The notes under the pieces are model-generated. The model was not told the DNA's origin and made no database searches. It saw only the letters and a list, made by a program, of their open reading frames with translations. Made by a program: the position numbers and the translations under genes. Below, in pieces: positions 18,423-29,985 of a DNA stretch of 55,005 bases. The DNA comes from a virus (lineage: Duplodnaviria; Caudoviricetes): positions 1 to 55,005 of IMG/VR virus record IMGVR_UViG_3300048113_000456. One strand, given 5' to 3'. Positions within the stretch are counted from its first letter, which is position 1, and each line of letters starts with the position of its first letter.

Positions 18423-19673
18423 TTAGAAAGTACCGCCGTCTAGTTCGGTAATTTGTGCTTCGAAGTTAGCAACTGTAAGTAGGTTAGAATAGTTAGTTCC
18501 ATCTACGGTAGTTTGCCAAATGTCTGTAGTTTCGTTCCAACGTAAAGAAACGTTTGCAGAAGTTCCACGTTCTACTTCAATACCTGCGTGAGCGCTTGGA
18601 GTACCAGCTTCATCTTTGTTTAAAACAATGATGTTATCGCCAATCTCTACAGTAGTAGAGTTAACAGAAGTTGTAGTACCTTGTACAGTTAAGTCGCCTG
18701 CAATAATTACATCAACACCTGATCCATCACCTAATGTAAGGTCAGCACCATTATCTGTAGTAATTGTGGTACCATCTAAGCTAAGGTTATCTACGCCTAA
18801 TGAGGTTAGTCCAGTTAAGTCAGACTCACTTGATCCTAAAGTTAAAGTAGTTGAACCTAAAGTTGTACTAGAGTTTGCTAGATTGGCGTTAGGTAACGCA
18901 CCAGAAACATCTGCTGCTAAGTCAATAGCACCCAAAGTGATTTCTTGACCACTTAAAGATAAATAGTCATGAGAAGTAGTATTAAGAGTTACATTAGTAG
19001 AGTTATCAGTACCTGCTACATCTACATTTATTAGAGTACGTACTTCACCAGCTGTAATACCTGTTTCTAAAGCAGGTGTTCCTGCATTATCATAAATAGC
19101 AGGAGTTTCGCCAGAGTAGGCAAATGTTATTGTATTATCTGTAACAGTAGTAGTAATGTCTGTACTACCAGTAAATGTTAGTGTTTCGCCCGTATTATAA
19201 GTATCGGTATTGGTACCATCACTAAGTGTAATGCTACTAGATGATGGAGCTTGCCATGCAGTTTGTCCAGAACCATTGGTAACAAGAACATTTCCTGCAT
19301 TACCGTCTGCTTGTGGCCAATTTACACCATCTAATACTAAGTCACCAGTACCATGTGGAGTTAATGTTAAAGCACCATTTGTGTCGGTACTTGTAATAGC
19401 ATTACCATCAATAGTAATATTATCAACGTTTAACTGATCAATTTTCTTGCTAGAATCTACAATAATAGCACTTGAAGCTGTTAAAGTACCTGCTGTGTGA
19501 TCAAGCATATCGGTAAAGTATTTACCACCGATTACTGTAACATCGCCTGTACCAGGATTACCAATAAATAGTTTATTACTGGTACCTTCTGATGAATAAG
19601 CTAATTCACCTTGGTTTAGTGTTGCGGGAGTAGCCGTAGTGCTACTGCGTTTTATCTTAATTACTTGAGCCAT
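18423..19673 (-). CDS. tail fibre / virion structural protein
   Basis: IKIKRS...GELAY N-terminus; G/T/S-rich beta repeats; GIEVERG...WNE motif; ends in LDGGTF. Confidence 0.7.
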   Translation of the reverse strand: MAQVIKIKRSSTTATPATLNQGELAYSSEGTSNKLFIGNPGTGDVTVIGGKYFTDMLDHTAGTLTASSAIIVDSSKKIDQLNVDNITIDGNAITSTDTNGALTLTPHGTGDLVLDGVNWPQADGNAGNVLVTNGSGQTAWQAPSSSSITLSDGTNTDTYNTGETLTFTGSTDITTTVTDNTITFAYSGETPAIYDNAGTPALETGITAGEVRTLINVDVAGTDNSTNVTLNTTSHDYLSLSGQEITLGAIDLAADVSGALPNANLANSSTTLGSTTLTLGSSESDLTGLTSLGVDNLSLDGTTITTDNGADLTLGDGSGVDVIIAGDLTVQGTTTSVNSTTVEIGDNIIVLNKDEAGTPSAHAGIEVERGTSANVSLRWNETTDIWQTTVDGTNYSNLLTVANFEAQITELDGGTF

Positions 19674-19697
19674 ATTGGTCTCTCCAGTAGCCTTTAA

Positions 19698-20048
19698 TTA
19701 AAAGGCTCCTCCGTCCTGAACACCATCCTCTTCGGCAGTGACTAAAGGAAACCAATCAGTAGTTCCTTCAACAGTTCGGTAAACATAAAAAATGTCATTT
19801 GTTGTATCGTACCAAGTATCACCAATTTCTACATTGGAGCCAGAAGGCTGCGCAGGGGTACGAAAATCCTGAGCTGCGATTTGTTCGAGAGCCCCTTGTA
19901 AATTTGTTGCACTAATGTATCCAGTAGGATTTACAACAACAGAAGTTGCCCCTACATCTGCAAGAGCTAAATTAGCTTGTACTTCAGTAGTAGTACTAGA
20001 GACAGTAACTTCTGTAATATACGGTGCAATTTGTATGCTAATAGCCAT
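19698..20048 (-). CDS. small fibre adaptor-like structural protein
   Basis: ATNLQGALEQI, GDTWYDT motifs; ends in DGGAF. Confidence 0.6.
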   Translation of the reverse strand: MAISIQIAPYITEVTVSSTTTEVQANLALADVGATSVVVNPTGYISATNLQGALEQIAAQDFRTPAQPSGSNVEIGDTWYDTTNDIFYVYRTVEGTTDWFPLVTAEEDGVQDGGAF

Positions 20049-20386
20049 TATTTAGTTACTTCCGCTACAACAGTTGCCTGCCCCTCCAAGAGTCTAGTTA
20101 CCATATCATCATTTTCAGTAAAAAGCTCTAGGTCATAAAAATATATTCCTGCCGTAAGTGCAGTTGTGGTAGAGTTTCCGAGTGCCATTTTTACTTGTCC
20201 ATTAGCAGCATCTGTCACAGTACAAGTAAACGTAGCAGCCGCAGACGCGTCAGTTTTCTTTTGACGCATTTGAGCACGAGCTGAGTAGCCCGTTAAGTTT
20301 TTAGCGGATCCGTCCTCAGACAGTGTTAACTGAATCGCAAAATCAGATCCCTGTTCGATCGTTAAGTTATATGTTGCTGCTGGCAT
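20048..20386 (-). CDS. BppU-like fibre/baseplate attachment protein
   Basis: YNLTIEQGSDF...NLTGYSARAQMR...YFYDLEL...RLLEG pattern typical of phage Ig-like attachment domains. Confidence 0.6.
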   Translation of the reverse strand: MPAATYNLTIEQGSDFAIQLTLSEDGSAKNLTGYSARAQMRQKKTDASAAATFTCTVTDAANGQVKMALGNSTTTALTAGIYFYDLELFTENDDMVTRLLEGQATVVAEVTK

Positions 20387-20408
20387 TTATCTTTCTCCTA
20401 TGTGTGAA

Positions 20409-20437
20409 ATTATATCAAGGTGATCATTTTTAGTCAA
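20409..20437 (-). promoter_or_regulatory. sigma70-type late promoter
   Basis: TTGACT-17-TATAAT with an upstream A-tract. Confidence 0.8.
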
Positions 20438-20466
20438 GTTATTTTTTTGGGTAGGTATATAAGTAT

Positions 20467-21345
20467 TTAGTTATTTAAAAATTTTCTTAGCCAATTCTCT
20501 TTATCTAAATGGGTCATAAATAGAGGTCTGTATATAATGGGCAATTCCCAAATACTACTACGCCATTTAGGTACAGTGTTAGAAACCTTTTCTTTAAATA
20601 AAGCTACAGAATCTTTTTGGGCAAACTTTTTTTGTATAGAGCCCTCTGTGGTTCTATCTACTATGTACATGTCACTTGACATAGTTAAACAGTAGCATAA
20701 ATTACCTTTTTGATGCTCTGCTAGCAGTTGATAAGAATACAAATGATCTTCTGCTACAGGCAAGTCTTCGCTCATCTTTATTTTAGCTGATTTTTTACTC
20801 TGAAGTATAATAAAATCCGTAGATTTTGGTAAATCTTCTGACCATATATGAGACTCTCCTATGCCTAATTTTTTACTCGGAGTAACTAAACTAATACCCC
20901 ATACTCCGGCTTGTAAATCTTCCGAAACTTGAGCTACGTGTCCTGCATTTACTTTAGTATTTAAAATATCTGTAGGTATAACCCCAAGTACATCAATACA
21001 AGGAAACTGTTTTATGTGGCTATATAAGGACTTTATATAGGAAGGATATAATAAGTCATCTCCATCTATTTGGCTAATAAAGTCACAGTTACTATTTAAA
21101 AATAAGTCTAAACAAGAGTTTTTACCTTTTCCAGGTAATCCATTACTTTCTGTTTGTATAACAGGATACGGCAGCTTTAACTTTAATACTTCTTGAAAAT
21201 AGTTAGAATTAGTAGAATTTACTACTATAATAGGAGTAAGTTCAACCTCGGGTATTTGTTTAATTTCTAATAAATTATTTACAATTCTTACTAACTTTTC
21301 TATACTATTTGTGGTTAGTATAGTAAGCATTATTTTTACCTTCAT
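20467..21345 (-). CDS. GT-A fold (GT2-like) glycosyltransferase
   Basis: ESNGLPGKGKNS...QIDGDDLL (DxDD) and AEDH motifs. Confidence 0.7.
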   Translation of the reverse strand: MKVKIMLTILTTNSIEKLVRIVNNLLEIKQIPEVELTPIIVVNSTNSNYFQEVLKLKLPYPVIQTESNGLPGKGKNSCLDLFLNSNCDFISQIDGDDLLYPSYIKSLYSHIKQFPCIDVLGVIPTDILNTKVNAGHVAQVSEDLQAGVWGISLVTPSKKLGIGESHIWSEDLPKSTDFIILQSKKSAKIKMSEDLPVAEDHLYSYQLLAEHQKGNLCYCLTMSSDMYIVDRTTEGSIQKKFAQKDSVALFKEKVSNTVPKWRSSIWELPIIYRPLFMTHLDKENWLRKFLNN

Positions 21346-21347
21346 AC

Positions 21348-21896
21348 TTAATCCTCTGTATTAAAGAAAAAAGTCTGAAAAAGTCTGGCATTAGTTTTAT
21401 CTGTACCAAAACCTGGAAGTACACTTCTATGGTAGTAATTAGCATCGTATATCACTGCTCTATTATATAAATTTTTAGCTTCTGCTATAATTTCCCAATC
21501 CGATTCTAAAGTTTTATGTTTGTTAAAGTCTACTAGGGCTTCTTTTGAGTGTTTATATATGCCCGTAGGTTTATGTCTGTAAATAGCAGTGCCAGAGTCC
21601 AGAGGAGCATCTGGTGTTAGGTAAACTACACATGCCCAGCTTGTCTGATCGTGATGTATCCAGGTAGTTGCATCTTGTGTAGTATATTGAAACGCAGTGT
21701 TGTACTCTGCAGGCCAATAAGTTATTTTTTTGTTAAGTATTTTTTCAAAAGTTTTTTGAATTTCGTAAAACCATGCACCTCCACAAGCTTTAGTGCGTTT
21801 TCCAGGGTAGTTCCCTGTTATATTAAACTCCCAGGATAGTGCTAGTTTTCTAACACTATCCGGATCTTGATAAAAATTATCTTGTATTATAAACAT
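21348..21896 (-). CDS. 2OG-Fe(II) oxygenase (DUF6445-like)
   Basis: DNFY, YPGKR, WIHHD (HxD), VVYLTP, GT, YNRAVIY...YHRS, RLFQTFF. Confidence 0.75.
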   Translation of the reverse strand: MFIIQDNFYQDPDSVRKLALSWEFNITGNYPGKRTKACGGAWFYEIQKTFEKILNKKITYWPAEYNTAFQYTTQDATTWIHHDQTSWACVVYLTPDAPLDSGTAIYRHKPTGIYKHSKEALVDFNKHKTLESDWEIIAEAKNLYNRAVIYDANYYHRSVLPGFGTDKTNARLFQTFFFNTED

Positions 21897-21901
21897 ATAT
21901 G

Positions 21902-24900
21902 TTATCCTAGGTTGCCGATTTTTACTCTGATATTACCAGATCCATCGTATATTAAAATTCTATTGTTAGTTCCGTCTATCCCTAGCACGTTTTCGTTCGT
22001 ACCTCCCGGCGTATAATTAGACGCTCTAGAATACTCTGTAAAAGTTGTGCCAGATCCAGAATATTCCCAAGCTCTATCTGAAGGTATATGCCAGTATACG
22101 TCTCCTGCTAAAGCAGGGCTTTTTACATTTTCTATTGCTACTTTTTTATTAGCGTCTGTAGCTATAGTAGAACCTGTATCAAATGCTATAGTGTTTCCTG
22201 CCGCGCCTTGTGCTCCAATCTCCCCTTGAGGACCTGTTTCACCTTGAGCACCTTGCTGTCCTTGAGGGCCTTGAGCACCTTGGGGCCCTGTTTGACCTTG
22301 GGCTCCTTGTTGTCCTTGTGGACCTTGATCACCTTCAGCACCTTGAGGCCCTGTTTCACCTTGTGGACCATCATCACCCTGAGCACCTTGGTCACCTTGA
22401 GCACCTTGAGGTCCTGTTTCACCTTGAGGACCATCATCCCCTTGAGGACCTTGATCACCTTCTGCACCTTGAGGTCCTGTTTCACCTTGAGGACCATCAT
22501 CCCCTTGAGGACCTTGATCACCTTCTGCACCTTGAGGACCAGTAATACCTTGAGCACCTTGTTCGCCTTGAGGACCTTGATCACCTTCTGCACCTTGAGG
22601 ACCAGTAATACCTTGAGCACCTTGTTCGCCTTGAGGACCTTGGTCACCTTCTGCACCTTGAGGACCAGTAATACCTTGAGCACCTTGTTCGCCTTGAGGA
22701 CCTTGGTCACCCTCAGCACCTTGAGGACCAGTAATACCTTGAGCACCTTGTTCGCCTTGAGGACCTTGGTCACCTTCAGCACCTTGAGGGCCAGTAATAC
22801 CTTGAGCACCTTGTTCGCCTTGAGGACCTTGGTCACCCTCAGCACCTTGAGGACCTGTTTCGCCTTGAGGACCATCATCACCTTGTGGACCTTGATCACC
22901 CTCAGCGCCTTGAGGTCCTGTAATACCCTGTGCACCTTGCTCACCTTGAGCACCTTGGTCACCTGTAGCACCTTGAGGGCCTGTAATACCTTGTGGACCT
23001 TGCTCACCTTGTGGTCCTTGCTCACCTTGGTTACCTTGCAAGCCTTGAGGACCTTGAGCTCCTTGCTCTCCTATAGGACCTTGAGCGCCTACTACTAGGA
23101 AAGCAGAATATGCATGAAAACTAGAAGCATCTATAGCAGAGGAGGAGGCTTCCTGAGCGTAAGTTTGGTAATTTATATTAGTAACACCTCCCGGCACTCC
23201 GGTAGCTATTCCGTATATAGAGTAAGTTCCACCTACAGTTGAAAAACTTGCATTTACTGTTTGTTTTCCTACGGGTGTTAGTTTATTATAGTTTATTATT
23301 TCATACCATAAAGTATCTACTAAGACATCTTCTACTAACTCTTGGGTCCCAGGCTCTTTATTAGATACGGAATCATCTCCTCCCCATACCCAGTGTTTCC
23401 CTGAGTGTAAAACAAGATCTCCATTATCATAGCTAGTAGAAGAAGACCAGGCACTTTGATTAGCAGGGGCACCTCCATAATCTTCATCAGAAGGATCTAA
23501 ATAACCTCTAGGAGCATTTGAGTAGTAAGGAAAGACTGTTTCTCCAGTATCTCCTACAGCTCCCTGCAGTCCTGCACCTCCTTGTGGGCCAGTAATACCT
23601 TGAGGACCTGTCTCACCTTGAGCACCTTGAGGGCCTTCACCACCTTGTGGACCAGTAATACCTTGAGGACCTTGGTCACCTGTAGCACCTTGAGGACCTG
23701 TCTCACCTTGAGCACCATCAGCACCTTGAGGACCTTGGTCACCTGTAGCACCTTGAGGACCTGTCTCACCTTGAGCACCATCAGCACCTTGTGGACCTTG
23801 ATCACCTGTTGCACCTTGAGGACCTGTCTCACCTTGAGGACCATCATCACCTTGAGGACCTTGATCACCTATATTACCTTGAGGACCTGTTTCACCTTGA
23901 GGGCCGTCTTCACCTTGAGGACCTTGATCACCCTCAGCACCTTGAGGACCTGTTTCACCTTGAGGACCGTCTTCACCTTGAGGACCTTGATCACCCTCAG
24001 CACCTTGAGGACCTGTCTCACCTTGAGGACCGTCTTCACCTTGAGGGCCTTGATCGCCGATGTTACCTTGAGGACCTGTCTCACCTTGAGGACCGTCTTC
24101 ACCTTGAGGGCCTTGATCACCGATGTTACCTTGAGGACCTGTTTCACCTTGAGGACCGTCTTCACCTTGTGGACCTTGATCGCCTATGTTACCCTGTGGA
24201 CCTTCTTCACCTTGAGGACCGTCTTCACCTTGAGGACCTTGGTCACCTATATTGCCTTGAGGGCCTTGTTCTCCTTGTGGACCTTCTTGACCTTGAGGCC
24301 CTTGATCACCTATATTACCTTGAGGACCTGTTTCACCTTGAGGACCCTCTTCACCTTGTGGACCTTGTTCACCTTGAGCACCTTCTTCACCTTGAGGACC
24401 TTGATCACCTTCAATGCCTTGAGGGCCTTGAGCACCACGAATAGACTTAGTAAAGGTTTGAACTCTAGTGTAGGTTGTTTCACCTCCTACGCCATCTACA
24501 ACAACTATCGTAAAGGTAATACTTCCGGTATTTGCACTAAGAGCTGTAATACTACCTAGTGTGTAAGAATTTGAGTCTGTAGTAGGAGTGCTATCTTCTG
24601 TAACATTAGTAGAAGATACATTAGTAACTCTAAACGACGGAGTTTGGTATTCTTCACTATCATCATAAGGTATATAAGTATTTCCTATAATTGCTTTGAT
24701 AGTAGTACTTGTATTGGTAAAATCTAATGTGTCGTTTTCAAGAACTGGTACACTACAGTTTTCATTACTAAGTACTATATTTACGCCGTCTACTACTCCG
24801 TCAGCTACGCCCTCTACGCCTGGGTATCCGCTTAAAGGATGATACGCAGAGTATAGTCTAGAAACTTTATTTCCGTTTTGAGTATCAATCTGCGTAACTA

Positions 24901-27900
24901 CATGTCTTATCCAGTAGTATCTAGTCTCTGTTTCTGTAGAAAGTATTTTATCCAGGAATATATTGCCAGAGGTAGTACCTATTTTTTCCGCATTAGCAAA
25001 ACTATCGTCTGTGGATCTCCAGATTTCTGTATCAAAAGCAGCTTCATTAAAGTCTGAAGAATTAGTCCAAGTAAGTTCTATACCACCTTTTCTTGAGTTT
25101 AAATTTTGTGCTAAATCTGAAGGAGAAAGTACACGTACAATTGGACTTGCTTGTGGAGCTTGATACATTGGAGCTACAGCTGAATTTAAACGCTCTAATA
25201 TATAAGCATCATCATTATGCTCTACGGCTACAACCTGTACAAGATTATTAGAGTCTGCTTTCAGTGTTTGTATTCTAAATAATTTCTTTTCCCAGTTAAA
25301 TCTAGGATAAGTTATGGCAATTATTTCTCCAGAAAGAAGTAAGTAAGACTTAGGAGACAACGTTAACGATATAGATAAACCCGCTCTTGATTCGTCAAGA
25401 AGTTGTTTAATATTTAGACGAGCATTATAGTAGTTAGAGATACCACCTGCTTTAAAGTTTCCTTGACGTTTAATACCTTTATCTTCTTCCAAATAAACTG
25501 AATTAAAGAAAGATAAACTTCTAGTATTGAATGAGTTAGAAGGGTCTACTATAGATGCTGTAATAGCATTATACGTTTTATTTATACCCTTATCTTCTAA
25601 CTTTATATCACCTATAATATCATCTTCTGTGATAATTTCAATAGCAGGATCAAAGTTTTCAATAGCTTTAGCTTTTGTTTTTACTTTTAAATAGTATTTT
25701 CCTTGCTGGTATCGTAAAATACCATTAAATTGGCTCAGTAAATTATTTACGTTTTCAAAAACAGATGTAGAGGTATCAATAACAATATTTGTCTGGTGTC
25801 TAGTAACGTATCTTTGGTCTTGGCTGTCCCAACCTAAGTACTTCCAGTAGAGAACAGAATCAGAGTCGTACAAAGAGTATCCAGTAACAACAGCAGTTTC
25901 ATTGTTGTCTAGAGTAGTGATTTGTTTAACGATAGGATTTTGATCTCCACCGTTCATAACATCTGTACTAGTGTTTACTGTTATATCGTTAGAAGTTCCA
26001 GTTAATGTCAGAGTTCCAAAAGCACCTGTAGGCTTAACAATAGTTCCTTTAGAGGTTACAATTGAAGCGGTTAAAGTGCTGTCTTCATAATGGTAAACTA
26101 AGTCGTTTACTTCATACTCTTTCCAGTCAAACCATTTTTTACCTAATTTTCCTATAACGTCTGTAAATACTACTTGTTTGTATGTAGTACCTTTGTATGT
26201 TTTTAACTCTACAGACTCTACAGTACCTTTAAACATTAACTGGCCTGTAGCAGGGTATCTATATTCTTGACCTACTTGTACAGTAGAATATTGACCACAT
26301 AAAATTGTTACGTCAGAACGCTGTTCACAAGCTAATGCTGACTCGTAAAAACTAGGTAAATCAATTAAATCTAAAGACAAGCCTTTACCGTATCGCTCAC
26401 TAGTTAAGTAATCTAACAATTGTAGCGCAGGGTTTATTGTAACCCTATAGTCTCCGAAGTTATTTGTAGAAACTATAGAAGTAGAGTGCCCATAGCTATA
26501 TGAGTAACCAGTAAGATCTAAAGTACCTTCTACTATTAAAATGTTATTAGTGTCAATAAAAGTCTGAAAGCTTGAGTCCTCCGGAGAAAGTACGGACTTA
26601 GTATATGTAGTGCTGCCCTCTTTTGTGAATTTTACATTTAAACTACTTATTACAGATAGTGCAGATGTGTCTGAGCTGTCTCTTGTATAGGCGCTTACAT
26701 TTTTAAACTCTAAATCTACAGAATCTATTGTTACACTTTGAGTATCAGAGTATAAGTCTACAAGCTCTCCTGAATTTTGTAAAGTATAAGTAGGATTTGA
26801 AAAGAATTGATCAAGATTTGAGTTTTTCTGCACTACTCTTGCTTTGAAGGTAGTAGTATTTATAGAGTAAAGAGTTACTCTAAATGTTGCATCCGTTGTG
26901 CCCTCTGTAAGAGAAAGTTGCAGAGAAAAAGCCTGGTCATTAGTATTTTTTAAGGCTTTTATTAAGTTTTTGTCAAAAGTAGATAAACCTGATAAGTCAA
27001 TATCATAGTATGCTGATACTAAATCGCTAGGAGTTCTTTTTAATTCTGGGTCGTAAGAAAATACTTGCTTAGTAGATACTCTTGTTAGACTAACATCAGT
27101 TAAGTCTGAGGGATTAAGTCTAGAGCCTACGTCATACTCATCGCTTGTAGCTGCGGTTGTACCAGAGAAAGACTCTGATACCATGACCCAAGAATCGCTT
27201 CCAGAGGTCATAGTTATGCTTTTAGCCTCCCCAGCGTCTATTATATCTTGTACAGATTGAGTAGCACATTTTACTTTAAAACGTACGTCTAAACTGCCGT
27301 CAGCACTGTACAAAGTAAACTTATCTACAATTTCGGCTGAAGAAGTTTGTCCAGTATTTAAAGTTATGGTTACTGTTTGTCCTAAGTAAAAGTTATCTGC
27401 TTCTGCTGGATCAGTAGTACCTCTATAAGTACCATCATAGTTTTGACAATTTACATATTTGCCTTTTACTACATAAGAATACTCTCCTGCTTTTCCACTT
27501 TCTGAGGTAACAGTATCTTTTGTTACAACGTATGCAGTGTCAAGTAACTGGTGGTTAGCTGTCCAATATTCGCTAGGGTCTTTATCGTAGTAGTCATTTT
27601 GTACTAAAAATTTACCTTGAGAGGCGTTTTTAACTAAGGTAGGGTCAGCTCTTTGGTTATCGAGCCCTGCGTGGAAAGTAAAATGTAAATCATTATTTGA
27701 TTTCCAAGAAAATGTTTTACCGTGTGTAATACCCGTATTACTTACAAGTCTATGTTGAAACGCATCACTTAATTCATAAGATGCCTGATACAGTCTATTT
27801 GTAGTTGGAGTCTGTATTCTTTCATAGTTTTCGTCGCCTAGTAAGAAAGCTTCAGTTTGTATGGCAGAAGATTGATCTAAGGTATAAAAGTCTGCTCCGC

Positions 27901-29242
27901 CTAGTACATCGCCTTTGTCCATTCTTCCAATACAGGCTACTCCTGCTTCAGCGTCACTTCCTACATAGCGACTGTCATAGTCTGCTTTATTAGAGCATAT
28001 TAAACCTTTGTTATTATCAGTGTATACGTCATAGACTCCACCAATAGGACCTTCACACAATACATTAGCTGTATATAGCTCTGTTTTACCTTCTGCAATA
28101 TTATCAGATGAGTTACTATCACGGGTAATAATTACATCGGCAAATACAGGTACAGCATCTATTTTTTGAACACCATAAACTACAGGTATGAATTTAGCTT
28201 GTAAATTAAAGCTAACGTCAAGCTCTCGCTCTACTTCATAAGTTTCTATGGAGGTTTTTTGCATCCCAAAAAGACCTGCCAAACCACCACGTTTACGTAT
28301 TTTTGGTCGTGTAGCTGTATCTGTGTATTGTGCGCTTACATTTAAAGCCGAGTCTGCGTGCTCAAAACCTTTGTCATCTTTATACGCTGGAGAAATTAAG
28401 GCTCCTTCTGAGGAAAACCCTGACGCGTCTAGTGCTCTGTGGTACTCATCTGAAGTTAAACGTCCTTGAACGCCTACAAAGTCTGCCCAGTGGCTAGTAA
28501 GATTCCATGTGATTGCTGCCTCTCCAGATGCCTTATCTGAAATAGAAGACTTACTAATAATTCCCTTAAAGAAAAAGATAGGGTCTGTATGATACCACTC
28601 TCCTGTAGTAGGATTTGAATAGATTTTATAAATGTCAACAGAACGGTTTACATAGTTCGAGTAGCTAAGAGATGCAGTGTTAGGTATAAGTCCAGAGACT
28701 TCAGGGTTAGCATATTCTATATCAAAAGCAGTACTTAAAACTGTAGGAAAGCCTGCGTCATCTAGTGCCGTATACTCTACTTCAGTTCCAGAACTTTTTA
28801 ATTTATCAATTCGTACATTGTGTACATTAGAAGTAGATCTAGAAGATAGAACTATAGTGTCGCCTGGATAAAACCCAGACTTAAAAAGGTCAATAGAAGT
28901 GGTAAAAGTACCTGTAGATCCTTTTGCTGTTGAAGTATTGTTTGTTATGGTAGATACTGCGTAGGCACCTAACTTAGCAGCAGAAAGAACCAAGTTTGAG
29001 TTACTTGCTTTTGCTTGAGTAGCTTCTTCAATTGCACCTACTTTTAAAAGTGACCCAGGTCTATACGTCTGTCCATCCCATTCTACATCATGAGGTGCGT
29101 CAGTTAAGTAAACAAAATCTAAGGCAGAATCTGACTCTTTTTTGTTCGAAGGTTTTTCAAATTTTACTAGGTGAAAAGTATTAAAAGGATTGTTAGCTAT
29201 AAGCGCATCTTTTAAACTTTGCGGAAGATTTCTGATTGCCAT
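21902..29242 (-). CDS. central tail tip/hub protein (T5 pb3 / lambda J-like) fused to two collagen blocks and a CBM-like module
   Basis: [30 protein letters not shown] motifs; FnIII-like region; 200 Gly-X-Y triplets; C-terminal RVKIGNL; follows the distal tail protein. Confidence 0.85.
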   Translation of the reverse strand: MAIRNLPQSLKDALIANNPFNTFHLVKFEKPSNKKESDSALDFVYLTDAPHDVEWDGQTYRPGSLLKVGAIEEATQAKASNSNLVLSAAKLGAYAVSTITNNTSTAKGSTGTFTTSIDLFKSGFYPGDTIVLSSRSTSNVHNVRIDKLKSSGTEVEYTALDDAGFPTVLSTAFDIEYANPEVSGLIPNTASLSYSNYVNRSVDIYKIYSNPTTGEWYHTDPIFFFKGIISKSSISDKASGEAAITWNLTSHWADFVGVQGRLTSDEYHRALDASGFSSEGALISPAYKDDKGFEHADSALNVSAQYTDTATRPKIRKRGGLAGLFGMQKTSIETYEVERELDVSFNLQAKFIPVVYGVQKIDAVPVFADVIITRDSNSSDNIAEGKTELYTANVLCEGPIGGVYDVYTDNNKGLICSNKADYDSRYVGSDAEAGVACIGRMDKGDVLGGADFYTLDQSSAIQTEAFLLGDENYERIQTPTTNRLYQASYELSDAFQHRLVSNTGITHGKTFSWKSNNDLHFTFHAGLDNQRADPTLVKNASQGKFLVQNDYYDKDPSEYWTANHQLLDTAYVVTKDTVTSESGKAGEYSYVVKGKYVNCQNYDGTYRGTTDPAEADNFYLGQTVTITLNTGQTSSAEIVDKFTLYSADGSLDVRFKVKCATQSVQDIIDAGEAKSITMTSGSDSWVMVSESFSGTTAATSDEYDVGSRLNPSDLTDVSLTRVSTKQVFSYDPELKRTPSDLVSAYYDIDLSGLSTFDKNLIKALKNTNDQAFSLQLSLTEGTTDATFRVTLYSINTTTFKARVVQKNSNLDQFFSNPTYTLQNSGELVDLYSDTQSVTIDSVDLEFKNVSAYTRDSSDTSALSVISSLNVKFTKEGSTTYTKSVLSPEDSSFQTFIDTNNILIVEGTLDLTGYSYSYGHSTSIVSTNNFGDYRVTINPALQLLDYLTSERYGKGLSLDLIDLPSFYESALACEQRSDVTILCGQYSTVQVGQEYRYPATGQLMFKGTVESVELKTYKGTTYKQVVFTDVIGKLGKKWFDWKEYEVNDLVYHYEDSTLTASIVTSKGTIVKPTGAFGTLTLTGTSNDITVNTSTDVMNGGDQNPIVKQITTLDNNETAVVTGYSLYDSDSVLYWKYLGWDSQDQRYVTRHQTNIVIDTSTSVFENVNNLLSQFNGILRYQQGKYYLKVKTKAKAIENFDPAIEIITEDDIIGDIKLEDKGINKTYNAITASIVDPSNSFNTRSLSFFNSVYLEEDKGIKRQGNFKAGGISNYYNARLNIKQLLDESRAGLSISLTLSPKSYLLLSGEIIAITYPRFNWEKKLFRIQTLKADSNNLVQVVAVEHNDDAYILERLNSAVAPMYQAPQASPIVRVLSPSDLAQNLNSRKGGIELTWTNSSDFNEAAFDTEIWRSTDDSFANAEKIGTTSGNIFLDKILSTETETRYYWIRHVVTQIDTQNGNKVSRLYSAYHPLSGYPGVEGVADGVVDGVNIVLSNENCSVPVLENDTLDFTNTSTTIKAIIGNTYIPYDDSEEYQTPSFRVTNVSSTNVTEDSTPTTDSNSYTLGSITALSANTGSITFTIVVVDGVGGETTYTRVQTFTKSIRGAQGPQGIEGDQGPQGEEGAQGEQGPQGEEGPQGETGPQGNIGDQGPQGQEGPQGEQGPQGNIGDQGPQGEDGPQGEEGPQGNIGDQGPQGEDGPQGETGPQGNIGDQGPQGEDGPQGETGPQGNIGDQGPQGEDGPQGETGPQGAEGDQGPQGEDGPQGETGPQGAEGDQGPQGEDGPQGETGPQGNIGDQGPQGDDGPQGETGPQGATGDQGPQGADGAQGETGPQGATGDQGPQGADGAQGETGPQGATGDQGPQGITGPQGGEGPQGAQGETGPQGITGPQGGAGLQGAVGDTGETVFPYYSNAPRGYLDPSDEDYGGAPANQSAWSSSTSYDNGDLVLHSGKHWVWGGDDSVSNKEPGTQELVEDVLVDTLWYEIINYNKLTPVGKQTVNASFSTVGGTYSIYGIATGVPGGVTNINYQTYAQEASSSAIDASSFHAYSAFLVVGAQGPIGEQGAQGPQGLQGNQGEQGPQGEQGPQGITGPQGATGDQGAQGEQGAQGITGPQGAEGDQGPQGDDGPQGETGPQGAEGDQGPQGEQGAQGITGPQGAEGDQGPQGEQGAQGITGPQGAEGDQGPQGEQGAQGITGPQGAEGDQGPQGEQGAQGITGPQGAEGDQGPQGEQGAQGITGPQGAEGDQGPQGDDGPQGETGPQGAEGDQGPQGDDGPQGETGPQGAQGDQGAQGDDGPQGETGPQGAEGDQGPQGQQGAQGQTGPQGAQGPQGQQGAQGETGPQGEIGAQGAAGNTIAFDTGSTIATDANKKVAIENVKSPALAGDVYWHIPSDRAWEYSGSGTTFTEYSRASNYTPGGTNENVLGIDGTNNRILIYDGSGNIRVKIGNLG
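22190..23089 (-). repeat. collagen block 2: 100 uninterrupted Gly-X-Y triplets, 63-bp unit
   Basis: GAQ...GNT spans exactly 900 nt; unit [21 protein letters not shown]. Confidence 0.9.
23537..24436 (-). repeat. collagen block 1: 100 uninterrupted Gly-X-Y triplets, 63-bp unit
   Basis: GAQ...GET spans exactly 900 nt; unit [21 protein letters not shown]. Confidence 0.9.
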
Positions 29243-29296
29243 GTAAGTACTCGATTAACTTTAGGCGGAAGGCCTGTTACATTTATAATTTTCTAA

Positions 29297-29325
29297 ATTA
29301 TAACAAGACCTACCTTAGTTGTCAA
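29297..29325 (-). promoter_or_regulatory. sigma70-type late promoter
   Basis: TTGACA-17-TATAAT (perfect consensus). Confidence 0.85.
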
Positions 29326-29342
29326 GTAATTTTTTTCCGACG

Positions 29343-29984
29343 TTATACTAAACACTCTTTCAGCTTGAGAGATAAGCTATATAAGCCATTAGTATCAATA
29401 GAATAAGATATAGTATCAGAATCTGCAAGTACTTGCATTTTTGGATAAGCAAAAACCGCATCCGCTGAAGTATTTCCTAATACTTTTTTCTGCAAAGAGG
29501 GAGAGATAGTAATACTTGTAGATGTAGGTATGGTAGTTACCTGATACGCCTTTACATGGGTATCATCACCCGGATCTGCAATATAAAACATATCACCAAC
29601 CTCTACTCCAGTAGTATTTGCAATAGTTAAAGTAGACGACCCCGCTTCAGCGGTAGCTGTTACCTCTTTATCTAATACAGATGGTTTATAGTGTTGCGGT
29701 AAACCTACTAAGAAAGGCTCTAGGCTTGCTTGGTGTTTTAGTAAAAATCCATATACTGTATTAAACTGGGCTTTAGTAAGTGGATTATACTTTATACTTA
29801 CGTTCCACTCATGAAACATATTTATCTGTCTAAAAGAAATACCAGACCTAGATCTATTAGTGACTACTGGTTGTACAGATTCTACAGTCATACTGGCAAA
29901 GCCAGGACCGTAAGATCCTAGCGCTGCTTCCCCTTCTTCATCTATAGGACTTAGTGGGTCTGGTAGTGTATTTTGAATTGCCAT
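29343..29984 (-). CDS. distal tail protein (T5 pb9-like)
   Basis: LPDP...GPGFAS...SRSG...W.V.I.YNPLT; lies between tape measure and tail hub genes. Confidence 0.8.
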   Translation of the reverse strand: MAIQNTLPDPLSPIDEEGEAALGSYGPGFASMTVESVQPVVTNRSRSGISFRQINMFHEWNVSIKYNPLTKAQFNTVYGFLLKHQASLEPFLVGLPQHYKPSVLDKEVTATAEAGSSTLTIANTTGVEVGDMFYIADPGDDTHVKAYQVTTIPTSTSITISPSLQKKVLGNTSADAVFAYPKMQVLADSDTISYSIDTNGLYSLSLKLKECLV

Positions 29985-29985
29985 G

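Noticed and set aside
21348-21896. Canonical collagen prolyl-4-hydroxylase or lysyl hydroxylase
   Set aside because: The adjacent collagen has Pro only in the X position and no Lys, so the classical substrates are absent
22186-24559. Alternative-frame and antisense ORFs of 100-325 aa (KVLKV..., LRTLIT..., HLEDL...)
   Set aside because: They are by-products of the collagen repeat periodicity
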